32,000 nt of DNA from Flavobacteriaceae bacterium. GTDB taxonomy: Bacteria; Bacteroidota; Bacteroidia; Flavobacteriales; Flavobacteriaceae. The notes below the pieces were generated by a model. That model worked only from the letters and a program-made list of their open reading frames with translations. It ran no database searches and was not told where the DNA came from. The position numbers and the translations under genes were made by a program. Location: positions 2,130,001 through 2,162,000 of the forward strand of contig OZ245049.1 of assembly GCA_965224465.1 (NCBI GenBank). The letters run 5' to 3'. This document shows, in pieces, positions 1 through 9,341 of the stretch (the first letter of the stretch is position 1; every line of letters starts with the position of its first letter).

Positions 1-102
1 TAAACCCCTTTTTACATCTATTATTCGCCTAGAAAAAACAACAAACAACTTATTAAACACATTTTTTTTAAAAGTCGTCTCGGTTTATAGCACAGATAAG
101 AA

Positions 103-110
103 TATATTTG
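103..110 (+). promoter_or_regulatory. candidate Bacteroidetes -7 promoter box (TATATTTG) upstream of dcp
   Basis: Matches TAnnTTTG about 28 nt upstream of the ATG at 139. No clear -33 TTG. Confidence 0.35.
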
Positions 111-138
111 TTCAAAAATAACTTTAGTAAAATTGATT

Positions 139-2166
139 ATGAACAACCCGCTGTTACAACCTTTCGGTACACCCTTTACGTCTGCCCCCTTCTCTAAGAT
201 AGAAAACAAACATTTTAAACCCGCTTTTCGTAAAGCAATTGAATTAGCAAAAGCTGAAATTGACAGCATTGTATCAAACCCATTGCCTGCTACTTATGAG
301 AACGTAATAGAAGCCATGGAATTTTCAGGAGAGATTTTAGACCGAATCTCTAGTATATTTTTTAACTTGAATTCCGCAGAAACAACTGACGAAATCCAAA
401 AAATAGCACAAGAAATATCGCCATTACTAACAGATTTCTCTAATGATGTCCGACTAAATCTTGAATTATTCAATAAAATAAAAACACTCTATCTTCAAAA
501 AGACGGGCTAAAACTAAACAGTGAACAACTGATGGTTTTGGAAAAGAAATATCATGGGTTCACTAGAAACGGCGCTAATTTAAATAACAAAAACAAAGAG
601 ATACTTCGTAAAATAGACACTGAACTTTCTCAAGTCTCCCTAAAATTTGGAGAAAACGTATTGGCAGAAACAAACGCTTACCAGTTAATAATCACCGAAG
701 AAAAACAATTAGAAGGTATTCCCTCAACAGCTATTGAGACCGCCAAATCATTGGCCAAAAGCAATAACACTAAAGGATGGATTTTCACCTTAGATTATCC
801 AAGTTACATCCCTGTAGTAACCTATGCAAAAGACAGAGAACTCAGAAAAAAAATAACAATCGCCGCAGGTAAAAAAGGATTTCAAAAAAACGAATTCAAC
901 AACGAGGCTATTGTATTAAAAATAGTAAACCTACGTTACAAAAGAGCTCAATTACTAGGTTATAAATCTCATGCACATTTCGTACTAGAAGAACGCATGT
1001 CAGAAACTCCAGAAAACGTAATGTCTTTTTTAAATGATTTACTTGAAAAAGCCAAGCCAACTGCTTTAAAACAATTCAAACAATTACAAGATTTTGCCCA
1101 TAAAGACGGAATTAAAATATTTGAAAAATGGGACAGTGCCTATTATTCCGAAAAATTAAAAAAGGAATTATTTAATTTAGACGACGAAGCCCTCAAACCA
1201 TATTTCCAATTAGACAACGTAGTTGCTGGAGTATTTACAATTGCACAAAAACTATACGATTTGCATTTCGAAGAAATAGTTGATATAGATACGTATCACA
1301 AAGACGTAAAGACATACAAAGTTACAGACAAAAACAACAAAGAAATAGCCTTGTTCTATACCGATTTTTTTCCAAGAAAAGGAAAACGAAATGGAGCATG
1401 GATGACCTCTTATAAAAACCAGTATATATATAAAGGAGTAAATAGTCGCCCGCATGTATCCATTGTCTGTAATTTCAGTAAGCCAACATCCAGCACTCCA
1501 GCCTTATTAACTTTTAACGAAGTTACCACGCTTTTTCATGAATTTGGACATGCTTTACACGGAATGCTTGCCAATACCACCTACCCCAGTTTATCTGGTA
1601 CATCTGTCCAATGGGATTTTGTAGAACTTCCAAGTCAAGTATTAGAAAACTGGTGTTTTGAAAAAGAAGCATTGAGCTTATTTGCAAAACACTATAAAGA
1701 CAACAGTCCGCTTCCAATGGAATATATAGAAAAAATCAAGGAACTAGGATCCTTTATGGAAGGACTACAGACATTACGCCAATTAAGTTTTGGAATGCTA
1801 GACATGCAATGGCATGGAAAAGACCCTTCTGAAATTAAAAACGTAAAAACTTTTGAAACCAAAGCCTTTAAAAACACGCAACTTTTTTCAGATACTCCAG
1901 AAAACTGTATGAGTACCGCATTTTCCCATATTTTTCAAGGAGGATATTCTGCTGGCTATTACTCTTACAAATGGGCAGAAGTACTAGACGCAGATGCTTT
2001 TTCTTTTTTTAAAGAGACAGGGATTTTTAATAAAGAAACCGCTACTCTTTTTAAAGACAATATCCTTTCTAAAGGAGGTACCGTAAAACCAATGGATTTA
2101 TACATCGCCTTTAGAGGTAAGAAACCAACCAATCAAGCTTTATTAAAACGTGCTCGGCTACTCTAA
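139..2166 (+). CDS. dcp: M3 family zinc metallopeptidase, peptidyl-dipeptidase Dcp-like
   Basis: Long ORF. The track start at 133 is TTG; the ATG at 139 is more likely. HEFGH zinc motif (TLFHEFGHALHG). Collinear with E. coli Dcp from the N-terminus through the C-terminal GGYSAGYYSYKW. Confidence 0.9.
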   Translation: MNNPLLQPFGTPFTSAPFSKIENKHFKPAFRKAIELAKAEIDSIVSNPLPATYENVIEAMEFSGEILDRISSIFFNLNSAETTDEIQKIAQEISPLLTDFSNDVRLNLELFNKIKTLYLQKDGLKLNSEQLMVLEKKYHGFTRNGANLNNKNKEILRKIDTELSQVSLKFGENVLAETNAYQLIITEEKQLEGIPSTAIETAKSLAKSNNTKGWIFTLDYPSYIPVVTYAKDRELRKKITIAAGKKGFQKNEFNNEAIVLKIVNLRYKRAQLLGYKSHAHFVLEERMSETPENVMSFLNDLLEKAKPTALKQFKQLQDFAHKDGIKIFEKWDSAYYSEKLKKELFNLDDEALKPYFQLDNVVAGVFTIAQKLYDLHFEEIVDIDTYHKDVKTYKVTDKNNKEIALFYTDFFPRKGKRNGAWMTSYKNQYIYKGVNSRPHVSIVCNFSKPTSSTPALLTFNEVTTLFHEFGHALHGMLANTTYPSLSGTSVQWDFVELPSQVLENWCFEKEALSLFAKHYKDNSPLPMEYIEKIKELGSFMEGLQTLRQLSFGMLDMQWHGKDPSEIKNVKTFETKAFKNTQLFSDTPENCMSTAFSHIFQGGYSAGYYSYKWAEVLDADAFSFFKETGIFNKETATLFKDNILSKGGTVKPMDLYIAFRGKKPTNQALLKRARLL

Positions 2167-2186
2167 AAGGTATAAAACCTAATTAC

Positions 2187-2234
2187 AAAAATCCGATACT
2201 AGTTCTTTTAAAAATGATCTAGTATCGGATTTTT
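2187..2234 (+). terminator. rho-independent terminator after dcp
   Basis: Inverted repeat AAAATCCGATACTAG ... CTAGTATCGGATTTT followed by a T run, about 20 nt after the stop codon. Confidence 0.65.
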
Positions 2235-2752
2235 AGATTTTTACTATACGCTACTAAATAGAATAACAAACACAATTCTATACACCCTTTCTCTACAACA
2301 TCTTGATTCCCATTAAAATAGAATAGCTTCCTTTTATAGCAAATACATTTCTGTAATAAACTATTTCTATCGGTTATTTTGGATTGTAATTGACATTAAT
2401 ACATTCATTCAACAACCCCAGCCCAAGGAATCTAGTAATACACCTAAAGATTATATTCTATTTCAAGGCAGAACCTAGAGGAATAAATCTCACCCTAAGG
2501 AATGAAACAGTTCGTTTCTTTAACAACTCACAAAAACCCAAACCATTTTACGCTATAAAACTACTTTATCTTAAGAAGTTAAACTCAAAAAAGAACTTTT
2601 AAACACAATAAAACCCAACTTAAAACAAAAAAACACATCATTTTTCACAAAACAACTGAAATAATTTATTTTTATAAACGCTACGAAAACCATTAAGCAG
2701 TACGTTTTCGACTGCAAACGGTAAGTTTTCTTTAATAAACGGTATAATTAAC

Positions 2753-2783
2753 TTGTGTTAACCAATAATTCATTGTAACTTTG
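2753..2783 (+). promoter_or_regulatory. candidate Bacteroidetes promoter (-33 TTG / -7 TAACTTTG) for the CAP-domain gene
   Basis: TTG at 2753, 20 nt spacer, then TAACTTTG at 2776-2783. About 128 nt upstream of the ATG at 2911. Confidence 0.35.
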
Positions 2784-2910
2784 CAATGTCAAAAAGAAAC
2801 ACATTACAATTTTGACACAAAAAAAAGCTACTTAAATAACAAATTGAATCTGATCAATCCAACTGTTATTAAGACTATCAAAAACTAAAATTCTTCTAAA
2901 ATTTTACACT

Positions 2911-3450
2911 ATGAAAGCAACAGTAAAAAATTTCTTGATCATTTCTTTAATCACTATTAGTTCTATTTCTTTCACTTCTTGCTCTAAAGACGGAGCTACC
3001 GAAGACATCTACTTAAACGAAGACCAAACAAGCGCAGTTAACAACGCTACAGGAAACACCACTACATATACTTACACTTCTATAGAAAGTAAAACCATTA
3101 ACGCAGTTAACACATACAGAGCATCTATTGGACTAAACAGCCTTACAAAAATAAGTTTGATCTCTGAACAAGCAGCAACTCACACAAACTACATTATTAA
3201 GGAAGGAAAAATAAGCCACGACAACTTTAATCAACGTTCAAAATCCTTAAAAAATAACATACGCGCAAAGTCTGTAGGTGAAAATGTTGCTTCTGGATTC
3301 TCTACTGCTAAATCTGTTCTAAACGGATGGTTAAACAGCCCTACACACAGAGCAATTATAGAAGACCCGAAATACACACACACTGGAATAGCTATCAAAA
3401 CTGATGAAAATGGCAAAAAATATTTTGTTCAGATGTTTGTTGTAAAATAA
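2911..3450 (+). CDS. CAP/SCP (PR-1-like, YkwD-type) domain lipoprotein
   Basis: Signal peptide ending in a lipobox (SFTSC). The C-terminal half has the CAP pattern: NxYRxxxGL, HxxxM-like, GENVASG, GWLNSPTHRAII, HTGIA. Confidence 0.85.
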   Translation: MKATVKNFLIISLITISSISFTSCSKDGATEDIYLNEDQTSAVNNATGNTTTYTYTSIESKTINAVNTYRASIGLNSLTKISLISEQAATHTNYIIKEGKISHDNFNQRSKSLKNNIRAKSVGENVASGFSTAKSVLNGWLNSPTHRAIIEDPKYTHTGIAIKTDENGKKYFVQMFVVK

Positions 3451-3488
3451 TAAAACCCCGTAATAATTCAATCAGATTACTGATGCTG

Positions 3489-3525
3489 TCAGCCTTTCAT
3501 ATCAAATGAAAGGCTGTTTGTTTTT
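3489..3525 (+). terminator. rho-independent terminator after the CAP gene
   Basis: Hairpin CAGCCTTTCAT-ATCAA-ATGAAAGGCTG followed by TTTGTTTTT. The IS66 element is inserted right behind it. Confidence 0.65.
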
Positions 3526-3555
3526 AAGTAAGCGTACGGTAAAGTACACCCTTGA

Positions 3556-5058
3556 TTATTTATCAACAGGCTTCCAATTTTGAGGCAGTAACTCCGAAAG
3601 TTTATTAGCCTTATGTTCTGGTAATCTATTAAGGACATCACATAGCCACGTATGTGGGTTTACGTTATTCTTTTTGCAAGTAGCAAAAAAGCTATAAAAT
3701 AGAGCTATGTTTTGTGCGGACTCATGACTGCCAGCAAAGAGATAATTTTTTCTGCCAATAGCTAAAGGTCTTATGGCATTTTCTATATTATTGTTGTCTA
3801 TTTCAAACCTGCCATCATCGATGTATAGTTTTAGGTTTTGCCATATTTTAAGAGTATAAGCAATTGCTTTTCCTATGGCACTTTTAGGCAGTACGTTTTT
3901 TCGCTCTTTTGTAAGATAAATTTCTATTCCGTCTAAAACAGGTGATGCATGTTTTTCTCTATATGCTTTAGTTTGCTCAATAGTTAATTCTTGTTCTTTT
4001 ATTTTACGTTCTATCTTGTATAGCTTTTGAATTTCCAACAAAACAACATCCGCTCTTTTAGGATCATTATCCAGCGCCTTCTCAAAATACCGCCTAGCAT
4101 GAGCCATGCAACCTAAAAGAGTAATTTCTCCTTTTGTTGTTAAGTTTTGGTATGCAGCATACCCATCGGACTGTAGTGTCCCATTGAAATCTTTAAAAAA
4201 CTCTTCTGGAACAACTTTTCCTCTCCCTTTATTGTATTCAAAAAGAACTAAATTTTTAACAGGATTTCGATACACCCACATATACCCTCTGTGTGTTGAT
4301 TTTTTCTTGTCTTTATCTAAAACCTTTATAGGAGATTCGTCTGCTTGAATATAATTGGCATTTTCTAAAAACTGAGCCTTAAATGTATCGTATAAAGGAG
4401 CGATAAGCTCCGAACTTTTAGATACCCATCCTCCAATTGTTGATTTACTTACTTTTAAATCTTGTCGTTTAAAAATTTGAATTAATCTGTAAAGTGGTAA
4501 ATGGTCTACAAATTTTGAAATAAGTATAAAGGCCAATAAACTTGCTGATGCATTTCCTTTAGGTATCGGTAAGCTTGGTAATTCTGCTATAACAACGCCT
4601 TTTTCTTCCGGAAGTGCATATTTAGGTCTTACAATTCGTCTTACAAAAACGGAAAGAGGCGTTATTTCTAAAAGTTCTGTAACTTCTTCTCCTATTTTTA
4701 CAGCTCCTTCTTCTATGTGCTTAGGCTCTATAATCTCTTCTACTCGCGGAAAATGCGCAGGTATAGAAGAGCGAACAGGTTTTTTCTTTCCTTTCTTCTT
4801 TTGTTTTCTTTCGTAGATTACAATATGTTTTTTGTATGCCTCTTCTTTCTCAGCTATTATTTTTCCGAAAAGCGACAATTGATTTGTGTCAACAGGGATA
4901 AAACGTTCGCTTTTAGACCCGAAAACCATTCTTTTAAGCTGCTCGTATTGCTGCTTAATTTCAGCTAGTTCTTGAGCTGTTTTTTCAAGTTCAATCTTTA
5001 AAATTACCAGCTCTTTTTGTATGTCTATTGTATTGTTTTCCACACTATAAATATACAA
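3556..5058 (-). CDS. IS66 family transposase (TnpC)
   Basis: 500 aa. N-terminal coiled-coil/leucine-zipper region and a DDE core typical of IS66 (PLYRL, GYMWVY, LQSDGYAAY, GCMAHARRYF, ENAIRPLAIGRKNYLFAGS). Confidence 0.9.
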   Translation of the reverse strand: MYIYSVENNTIDIQKELVILKIELEKTAQELAEIKQQYEQLKRMVFGSKSERFIPVDTNQLSLFGKIIAEKEEAYKKHIVIYERKQKKKGKKKPVRSSIPAHFPRVEEIIEPKHIEEGAVKIGEEVTELLEITPLSVFVRRIVRPKYALPEEKGVVIAELPSLPIPKGNASASLLAFILISKFVDHLPLYRLIQIFKRQDLKVSKSTIGGWVSKSSELIAPLYDTFKAQFLENANYIQADESPIKVLDKDKKKSTHRGYMWVYRNPVKNLVLFEYNKGRGKVVPEEFFKDFNGTLQSDGYAAYQNLTTKGEITLLGCMAHARRYFEKALDNDPKRADVVLLEIQKLYKIERKIKEQELTIEQTKAYREKHASPVLDGIEIYLTKERKNVLPKSAIGKAIAYTLKIWQNLKLYIDDGRFEIDNNNIENAIRPLAIGRKNYLFAGSHESAQNIALFYSFFATCKKNNVNPHTWLCDVLNRLPEHKANKLSELLPQNWKPVDK

Positions 5059-5101
5059 AAAACAAGACTAAATAGCAGGTAAAACCTACAGTTTTATTGA
5101 A

Positions 5102-5455
5102 TTATTTAGCCTCTAAATAACGTTCGTTTTTCTGAGTATTTATAATACTAATTCCGTCTAAAACCATAACCATTTGGGTATAACTCAAAACTACTAATCC
5201 ATCTTCAATGTCGTATTTTGGAAGCTCAAAAATACCTCGTTCCAATCGTTTATAATACAGTACAAATCCTCCAGGTCGCCAATGAAGAAGTTTTAGTTTA
5301 TTTTTTTGCTTATTGATAAATGCATAAACACTATTTCTATCTCGCTCTTGTTCCATGTGCTCACTAACTAATCCACTTAATCCATTAAATCCTTTTCGCA
5401 TATCAACTGCAGATAAGTGATAATAATACGTGTGTTCTGTACCTAATCCTAACAT
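5102..5455 (-). CDS. IS66 Orf2 (TnpB) accessory protein
   Basis: 117 aa with VDMRKGFNGL ... KLLHWRPGGFVLYYKRLERGIF, the hallmark of IS66 TnpB. Sits directly upstream of the transposase. Confidence 0.85.
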   Translation of the reverse strand: MLGLGTEHTYYYHLSAVDMRKGFNGLSGLVSEHMEQERDRNSVYAFINKQKNKLKLLHWRPGGFVLYYKRLERGIFELPKYDIEDGLVVLSYTQMVMVLDGISIINTQKNERYLEAK

Positions 5456-5620
5456 TTATATTTTCGTTTTTGTTTAGATGCAAAAATTAGATTATTTTTA
5501 ACTTCTTACAAGATGTAGTTCTCCGTACGCTTACGTTTTTAATACGTTTGCGCCTATTTATCACGCCATGTCTAAACAACCTCTTCAACTCTTTATAATA
5601 GAACAACTTCCTTTTACACC

Positions 5621-5676
5621 CTTAAATTCAACTAATAAACGCAACTTTTCGATTTGATTCTATGATGGTTATATTT
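5621..5676 (+). mobile_element. solo terminal remnant of the IS30-family element (inverted relative to the full copy)
   Basis: About 56 nt identical to the reverse complement of 29324-29379, the right end of the complete IS30 copy. No transposase is attached. The inner boundary is uncertain by about 10 nt. Confidence 0.6.
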
Positions 5677-5778
5677 GGAATTATTGACACCAGAAATCAT
5701 ATTCACATTCTTATCATAAGAAGTATCACCCCCTGTATTTGTCCGTCTTTAAAGCCGTAGGTTTTGCCTTTTCTTTTT

Positions 5779-5940
5779 AAAAATGATACAGGGAAATGTA
5801 TGTGTAGCCAGAGCATGTAAAAAACCACAACATTATTGCTGTGTTTTTTTTGTTTTATAAAAGCCTGCTTAACCGTTACACTTAATGGCTGCGTGGCTTA
5901 ACGTTGACAACACACAATAAAATCGTGCGACAGCGAGGGC
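5779..5940. repeat. repeat R, copy 1 (carries an internal ~24-nt deletion)
   Basis: Shares AAAAATGATACAGG..CATGTAAAAAACCACAACATTATTGCTGTG..AAAGCCTGCTTAACC..GGCTTAACGTTGAC..AAAATCGTGCG with the copies at 17731, 23877, 26002 and 29611. Confidence 0.8.
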
Positions 5941-6071
5941 GGGAATAGTTCATTGTTATTCAGCGTAGTTCAGCGCAACAAAACGATAAAATCAGTAGAA
6001 CCTTTGGGTTCACTAATTTTAATCGCTAGTCGTTAATAAACTTTATTTTTTCAGAGTGTAAGATGAATTTC

Positions 6072-7486
6072 GGTTGTGTAATTTAAACTCTGTCTGCTTG
6101 TTTTTTTCTACGTTTTAAAATAGTTCGATTTTCTCTTCATAAGGCTGCTTTAAAAATCGAACTATTTTAAAATGAGCCCCAGCGGCTAGCGTCACGAATT
6201 GCTTCCGTTTTTATGTAAATCCAACGTTATTCGATCTTCAAATTTAATATATAATTGTTGAATTGTCAAGCACCAATTATGTAAAGGGTTTGTCCATTTT
6301 TTTTCGATATTTTTTGTTGCTAAGTAAACAAGCTTTAATAGTGCCATATCACTGGTAAAAGCCCCTTTTGTTTTAGTTACTTTTCTTACCTGTCTATGAA
6401 AACCTTCTACTGCATTTGTTGTGTAAATTATTTTTCTGATAGGTTCTGTATACTGAAAAAACTGAGATAACTCTTCCCAATTACGGTTCCAACTTTCTAA
6501 AACTACAGGGTATTTTTCTCCCCATTTTTCTTCTAATTTCAATAACTCCAACTCAGCAATATCCTTATTAACAGCCTTGTAAACAAGCTTTAAATCTCGA
6601 ATAAATTCTTTTTGGTCTTTGGAAGCTATATACTTTAAAGAATTACGAATTTGATGAACAATACACTTTTGAATTTGTGTTTTAGGAAATACACTCAAGA
6701 TAGCTTCTGAAAACCCTTTTAAGTTGTCTGTACAGGCAATTAGGATATCCTTAAGCCCTCTGTTATTAAGGTCTGTCAATACTTGAAGCCAAAAATTTGC
6801 GCCTTCACTTTCTGAAATATACATTCCTAAAACCTCTTTGATCCCTTCTTTATTTACTCCTAAAACATTGTAAAGTGCTTTGTGTTGTATTTTACCGTCT
6901 ACTTTTACCTTGTAATGCATAGCGTCAAGCCAAACAATGCAGTACATCTGTTCTATTGGACGACTTTGCCATTGTTTTATATCTGGTATGATCTTATCTG
7001 TAATTTGACTTAAAACAGTGTGTGATATATCTGTATCATACATCTCTTTTATATGACCAGAAATATCGCGTAAGCTCATTCCTAGGCCGTATAATCCAAT
7101 GATCTTATCTGATAAATTATCTGCTAAAATGGTTTGACGCTTTTTTATCAGAACAGGCTCGAAACTACTATTTCTATCCGCTGGCGTGCTTATTTCAAAA
7201 CTACCAATACTAGTTTTAACAGTCTTTTTGCCCTTTCCATTACGTTTATTCCCTTTAGAACATTCCTCTTCACTAAGGTGTGATTCCATTTCTGCTTCCA
7301 ATGCTTTCTCAAGAAATTGTTTCATTAAAGGAGCAAAGGCACCTTCTTTTCCGAATAAACTTTTTCCTGATAATAATTGATCCAATGCCTTTTTTTCAAT
7401 GTTGGCTAACTCGTCTTTTGTCATGTTTTCTGTTTGAATAAAGTTAATACTTTTTTTTATTCAGACAGAGTTGAGTTTACAGTCCC
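6072..7486 (-). mobile_element. IS256-family insertion sequence, copy 1 (1415 bp) with 8-bp TSD
   Basis: Imperfect IRs GGTTGTGTAATTTAAACTCTGTCTG and (reverse complement) GGGACTGTAAACTCAACTCTGTCTG. TSD TGAATTTC at 6064-6071 and 7487-7494. Same length as copy 2. Confidence 0.9.
6192..7424 (-). CDS. IS256 family (Mutator-like) transposase
   Basis: 410 aa with the typical IS256 N-terminus (GKEGAFAPLMKQFLEKALEAEMESHL) and DDE core (WLDAMHYKV, ACTDNLKGF, QKCIVHQIRN, TTNAVEGFHRQVRKVTK). Confidence 0.95.
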   Translation of the reverse strand: MTKDELANIEKKALDQLLSGKSLFGKEGAFAPLMKQFLEKALEAEMESHLSEEECSKGNKRNGKGKKTVKTSIGSFEISTPADRNSSFEPVLIKKRQTILADNLSDKIIGLYGLGMSLRDISGHIKEMYDTDISHTVLSQITDKIIPDIKQWQSRPIEQMYCIVWLDAMHYKVKVDGKIQHKALYNVLGVNKEGIKEVLGMYISESEGANFWLQVLTDLNNRGLKDILIACTDNLKGFSEAILSVFPKTQIQKCIVHQIRNSLKYIASKDQKEFIRDLKLVYKAVNKDIAELELLKLEEKWGEKYPVVLESWNRNWEELSQFFQYTEPIRKIIYTTNAVEGFHRQVRKVTKTKGAFTSDMALLKLVYLATKNIEKKWTNPLHNWCLTIQQLYIKFEDRITLDLHKNGSNS

Positions 7487-8059
7487 TGAATTTCTTAAAA
7501 GAAAATCAAAAGTCTCAAAGTAAGGTAAACTCCAATTTGGTCTATAGTCAAGAAAGCTACCTCCATCATATTCTTTATCATCTAAAGAATAGTAATACCA
7601 GTAATCATCAGATTTAAACCGATATTCAGGTTCATATCGTTTTGTGTATATTAAATAATGTATTGTAGGTGTTTTTTTAAAAAAAAGAAAAACTCGATTT
7701 ACACTAAATTCATATAAGTTATTATTATACGTAGTTTCTGTATAATAGAACCCTTTTTTTATTAAATATTTTGAAATTGAAATTATATCACTATCATTTG
7801 TGATTTTTTCAATTTCAGTTAGGTTAATGCGACAATAATTATCAGTTTTTAATTTGTTTACACGATCATAATTTTTAATAGAAAATGATTTAATTTTATC
7901 TAAATATCCTGTGTTATAGACTTCGGTATATATTTCACCATATTGATGTCTATTCTGATACACTTTATCGAATTTTATTTTTTTGTATTGAACATATATA
8001 CCTAAAAAAAACAAAGCAGATAACAGTGTAACGATTGTATTTTTCTTATTAATTTTCAT
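7457..8059 (-). CDS. membrane-anchored immunity candidate for the 426-aa effector; 3' end replaced by the IS256 insertion
   Basis: N-terminal TM helix (IVTLLSALFFLGIYV). The start overlaps the effector stop (TAATG). The last 10 codons (GTVNSTLSE + stop, 7457-7486) are IS256 sequence. Reading across the TSD restores the original tail ...FLLRNSSYTLKK*. Confidence 0.6.
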   Translation of the reverse strand: MKINKKNTIVTLLSALFFLGIYVQYKKIKFDKVYQNRHQYGEIYTEVYNTGYLDKIKSFSIKNYDRVNKLKTDNYCRINLTEIEKITNDSDIISISKYLIKKGFYYTETTYNNNLYEFSVNRVFLFFKKTPTIHYLIYTKRYEPEYRFKSDDYWYYYSLDDKEYDGGSFLDYRPNWSLPYFETFDFLLRNSGTVNSTLSE

Positions 8060-9339
8060 TAATCTTTATTTATTTCTATTTCATTGGTAGTCAAGTTACC
8101 GTTAAAACTATATATAATTGGAACATAAGTTATAAAAGGCTTATATCCTCTTAAATGCTGAAGTATATACCAACAAATAAATTCTTCATTCTTTCTTATA
8201 TAATCTTTTAAAATATCTCCAGAATCTAAACCAAAATGGTCAGATATTTCTAATCTAAATTTTCCTTTATAAGAATTGTTATCAAAATAAAATTCAGTTA
8301 GAGATATATCATAAGCTTGTGTTCCATCAATTGAAACACCAAGACCACCAAATTTATCTGGGTATTTAAGGCTGTTAAGTTCCTGTAAACCTTTAATCCC
8401 TAAAACATCAGGATTACCTCCGGATTTTTTTTCATACTCTTTTCTTAAAAATTGATTTTTAGTGTTTTTAACCTTTAAATTAAATATGCTATTAGTATTT
8501 TCTTTTATTGCATTTTTCAATAACGGAGAAAAACCATTTATAAAATCTTTTGTTCTTTGATGATCTGAAACAGCATTTGTTAATCTAATATCTTGGTATT
8601 TGCTGCTTGTATCAATGTTTTTCTTAAAGTAATCAATCATGCTATGTAAATTGTCATCTAGTACTCCTAGTGCCCAATCATCGAGGTCATACTTAAGAAT
8701 CTCAAATAATTTATCATTTGAATATTCACTATATTCTTTAATAACATCCATTGCATAATTAACTCTTGAGTCTTTATCCACAACATCAACACTCTTACCT
8801 ATGTCGTCAAACCCTTTTTCTAAAGCAGTCTTTAATCTCGTTTTCTCTTTTGGATAGTCAATACCCAAGTTTTTTATATCTTGTCTAGTGCAGTTTTTTC
8901 CATTAGTATCATAACAAACACCCGCTCTTTTAACAGAGCGAGCAATTATCATTGGTAAATTAAGTATATTTACTTCTACAAAAACATCCTTATGAGGTAG
9001 GCCCCCTGCATAAGCGTATATCTTAAATTTTTCTTTCGGTTTCTCCGTTTTTATCTTAACTTTTAGTGTATCACCGTCTAGTTCTCCTCCCGAAAAAAGC
9101 TTATACGATTTACAATGGTCATCTTTATCATAGGAGATAGCCCAGTTAATTTTTTTGGGATTGACATTATTATTTCTTAAAGTAGCAACATAAATGTACT
9201 CTTTTTCTTTTTCTATATATTCTAACTTATTGTTAACTGTGTCAAAAGGCCCTTCTACTTTAACAACTACTCTTACAACCTTAGGCAGTTTAATCGTAGT
9301 TTTAGTATTTGGATACCCTTTTATTATTACTGTTGCCAT
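8059..9339 (-). CDS. T6SS-type effector: shared N-terminal 128-aa module plus DUF3289-like C-terminal toxin domain
   Basis: 426 aa. The N-terminal ~128 aa are almost identical to ORF 19287..19952. The C-terminal DHFGLD ... WYILQHLRGYKPF motif is shared with ORF 18559..19197. The start lies 2 nt after the ext2 stop. Confidence 0.65.
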   Translation of the reverse strand: MATVIIKGYPNTKTTIKLPKVVRVVVKVEGPFDTVNNKLEYIEKEKEYIYVATLRNNNVNPKKINWAISYDKDDHCKSYKLFSGGELDGDTLKVKIKTEKPKEKFKIYAYAGGLPHKDVFVEVNILNLPMIIARSVKRAGVCYDTNGKNCTRQDIKNLGIDYPKEKTRLKTALEKGFDDIGKSVDVVDKDSRVNYAMDVIKEYSEYSNDKLFEILKYDLDDWALGVLDDNLHSMIDYFKKNIDTSSKYQDIRLTNAVSDHQRTKDFINGFSPLLKNAIKENTNSIFNLKVKNTKNQFLRKEYEKKSGGNPDVLGIKGLQELNSLKYPDKFGGLGVSIDGTQAYDISLTEFYFDNNSYKGKFRLEISDHFGLDSGDILKDYIRKNEEFICWYILQHLRGYKPFITYVPIIYSFNGNLTTNEIEINKD

Positions 9340-9341
9340 AA

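Larger units (their letters stand above)
3528..5534 (-). mobile_element. IS66-family insertion sequence (tnpB + transposase), complete with TSD
   Basis: Terminal inverted repeats GTAAGCGTACGG (3528-3539) and CCGTACGCTTAC (5523-5534). 8-bp direct target duplication GTTTTTAA at 3520-3527 and 5535-5542. An uninterrupted paralogous site exists at 23609-23650. Confidence 0.9.

Noticed and set aside
21-269. 82-aa ORF antisense to the dcp start
   Set aside because: It overlaps the promoter and 5' end of a well-supported gene on the opposite strand. Typical shadow ORF in AT-rich DNA.
2390-2602. 70-aa ORF on the + strand between dcp and the CAP gene
   Set aside because: It lies in a repeated, decayed intergenic flank, starts with TTG, has low-complexity composition and has no conserved paralog frame.
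7186-7380. Antisense ORFs inside real genes: 4106..4348, 4717..4968, 7186..7380 and 14778..14972, 9194..9391 and 19807..20004, 15352..15534 and 21161..21343, 24440..24625, 27543..27737, 28709..28903, and 1252..1877 on the - strand
   Set aside because: All are short and fully nested opposite long ORFs with clear family signatures. They are duplicated only because their host genes are duplicated. No independent signals support them.
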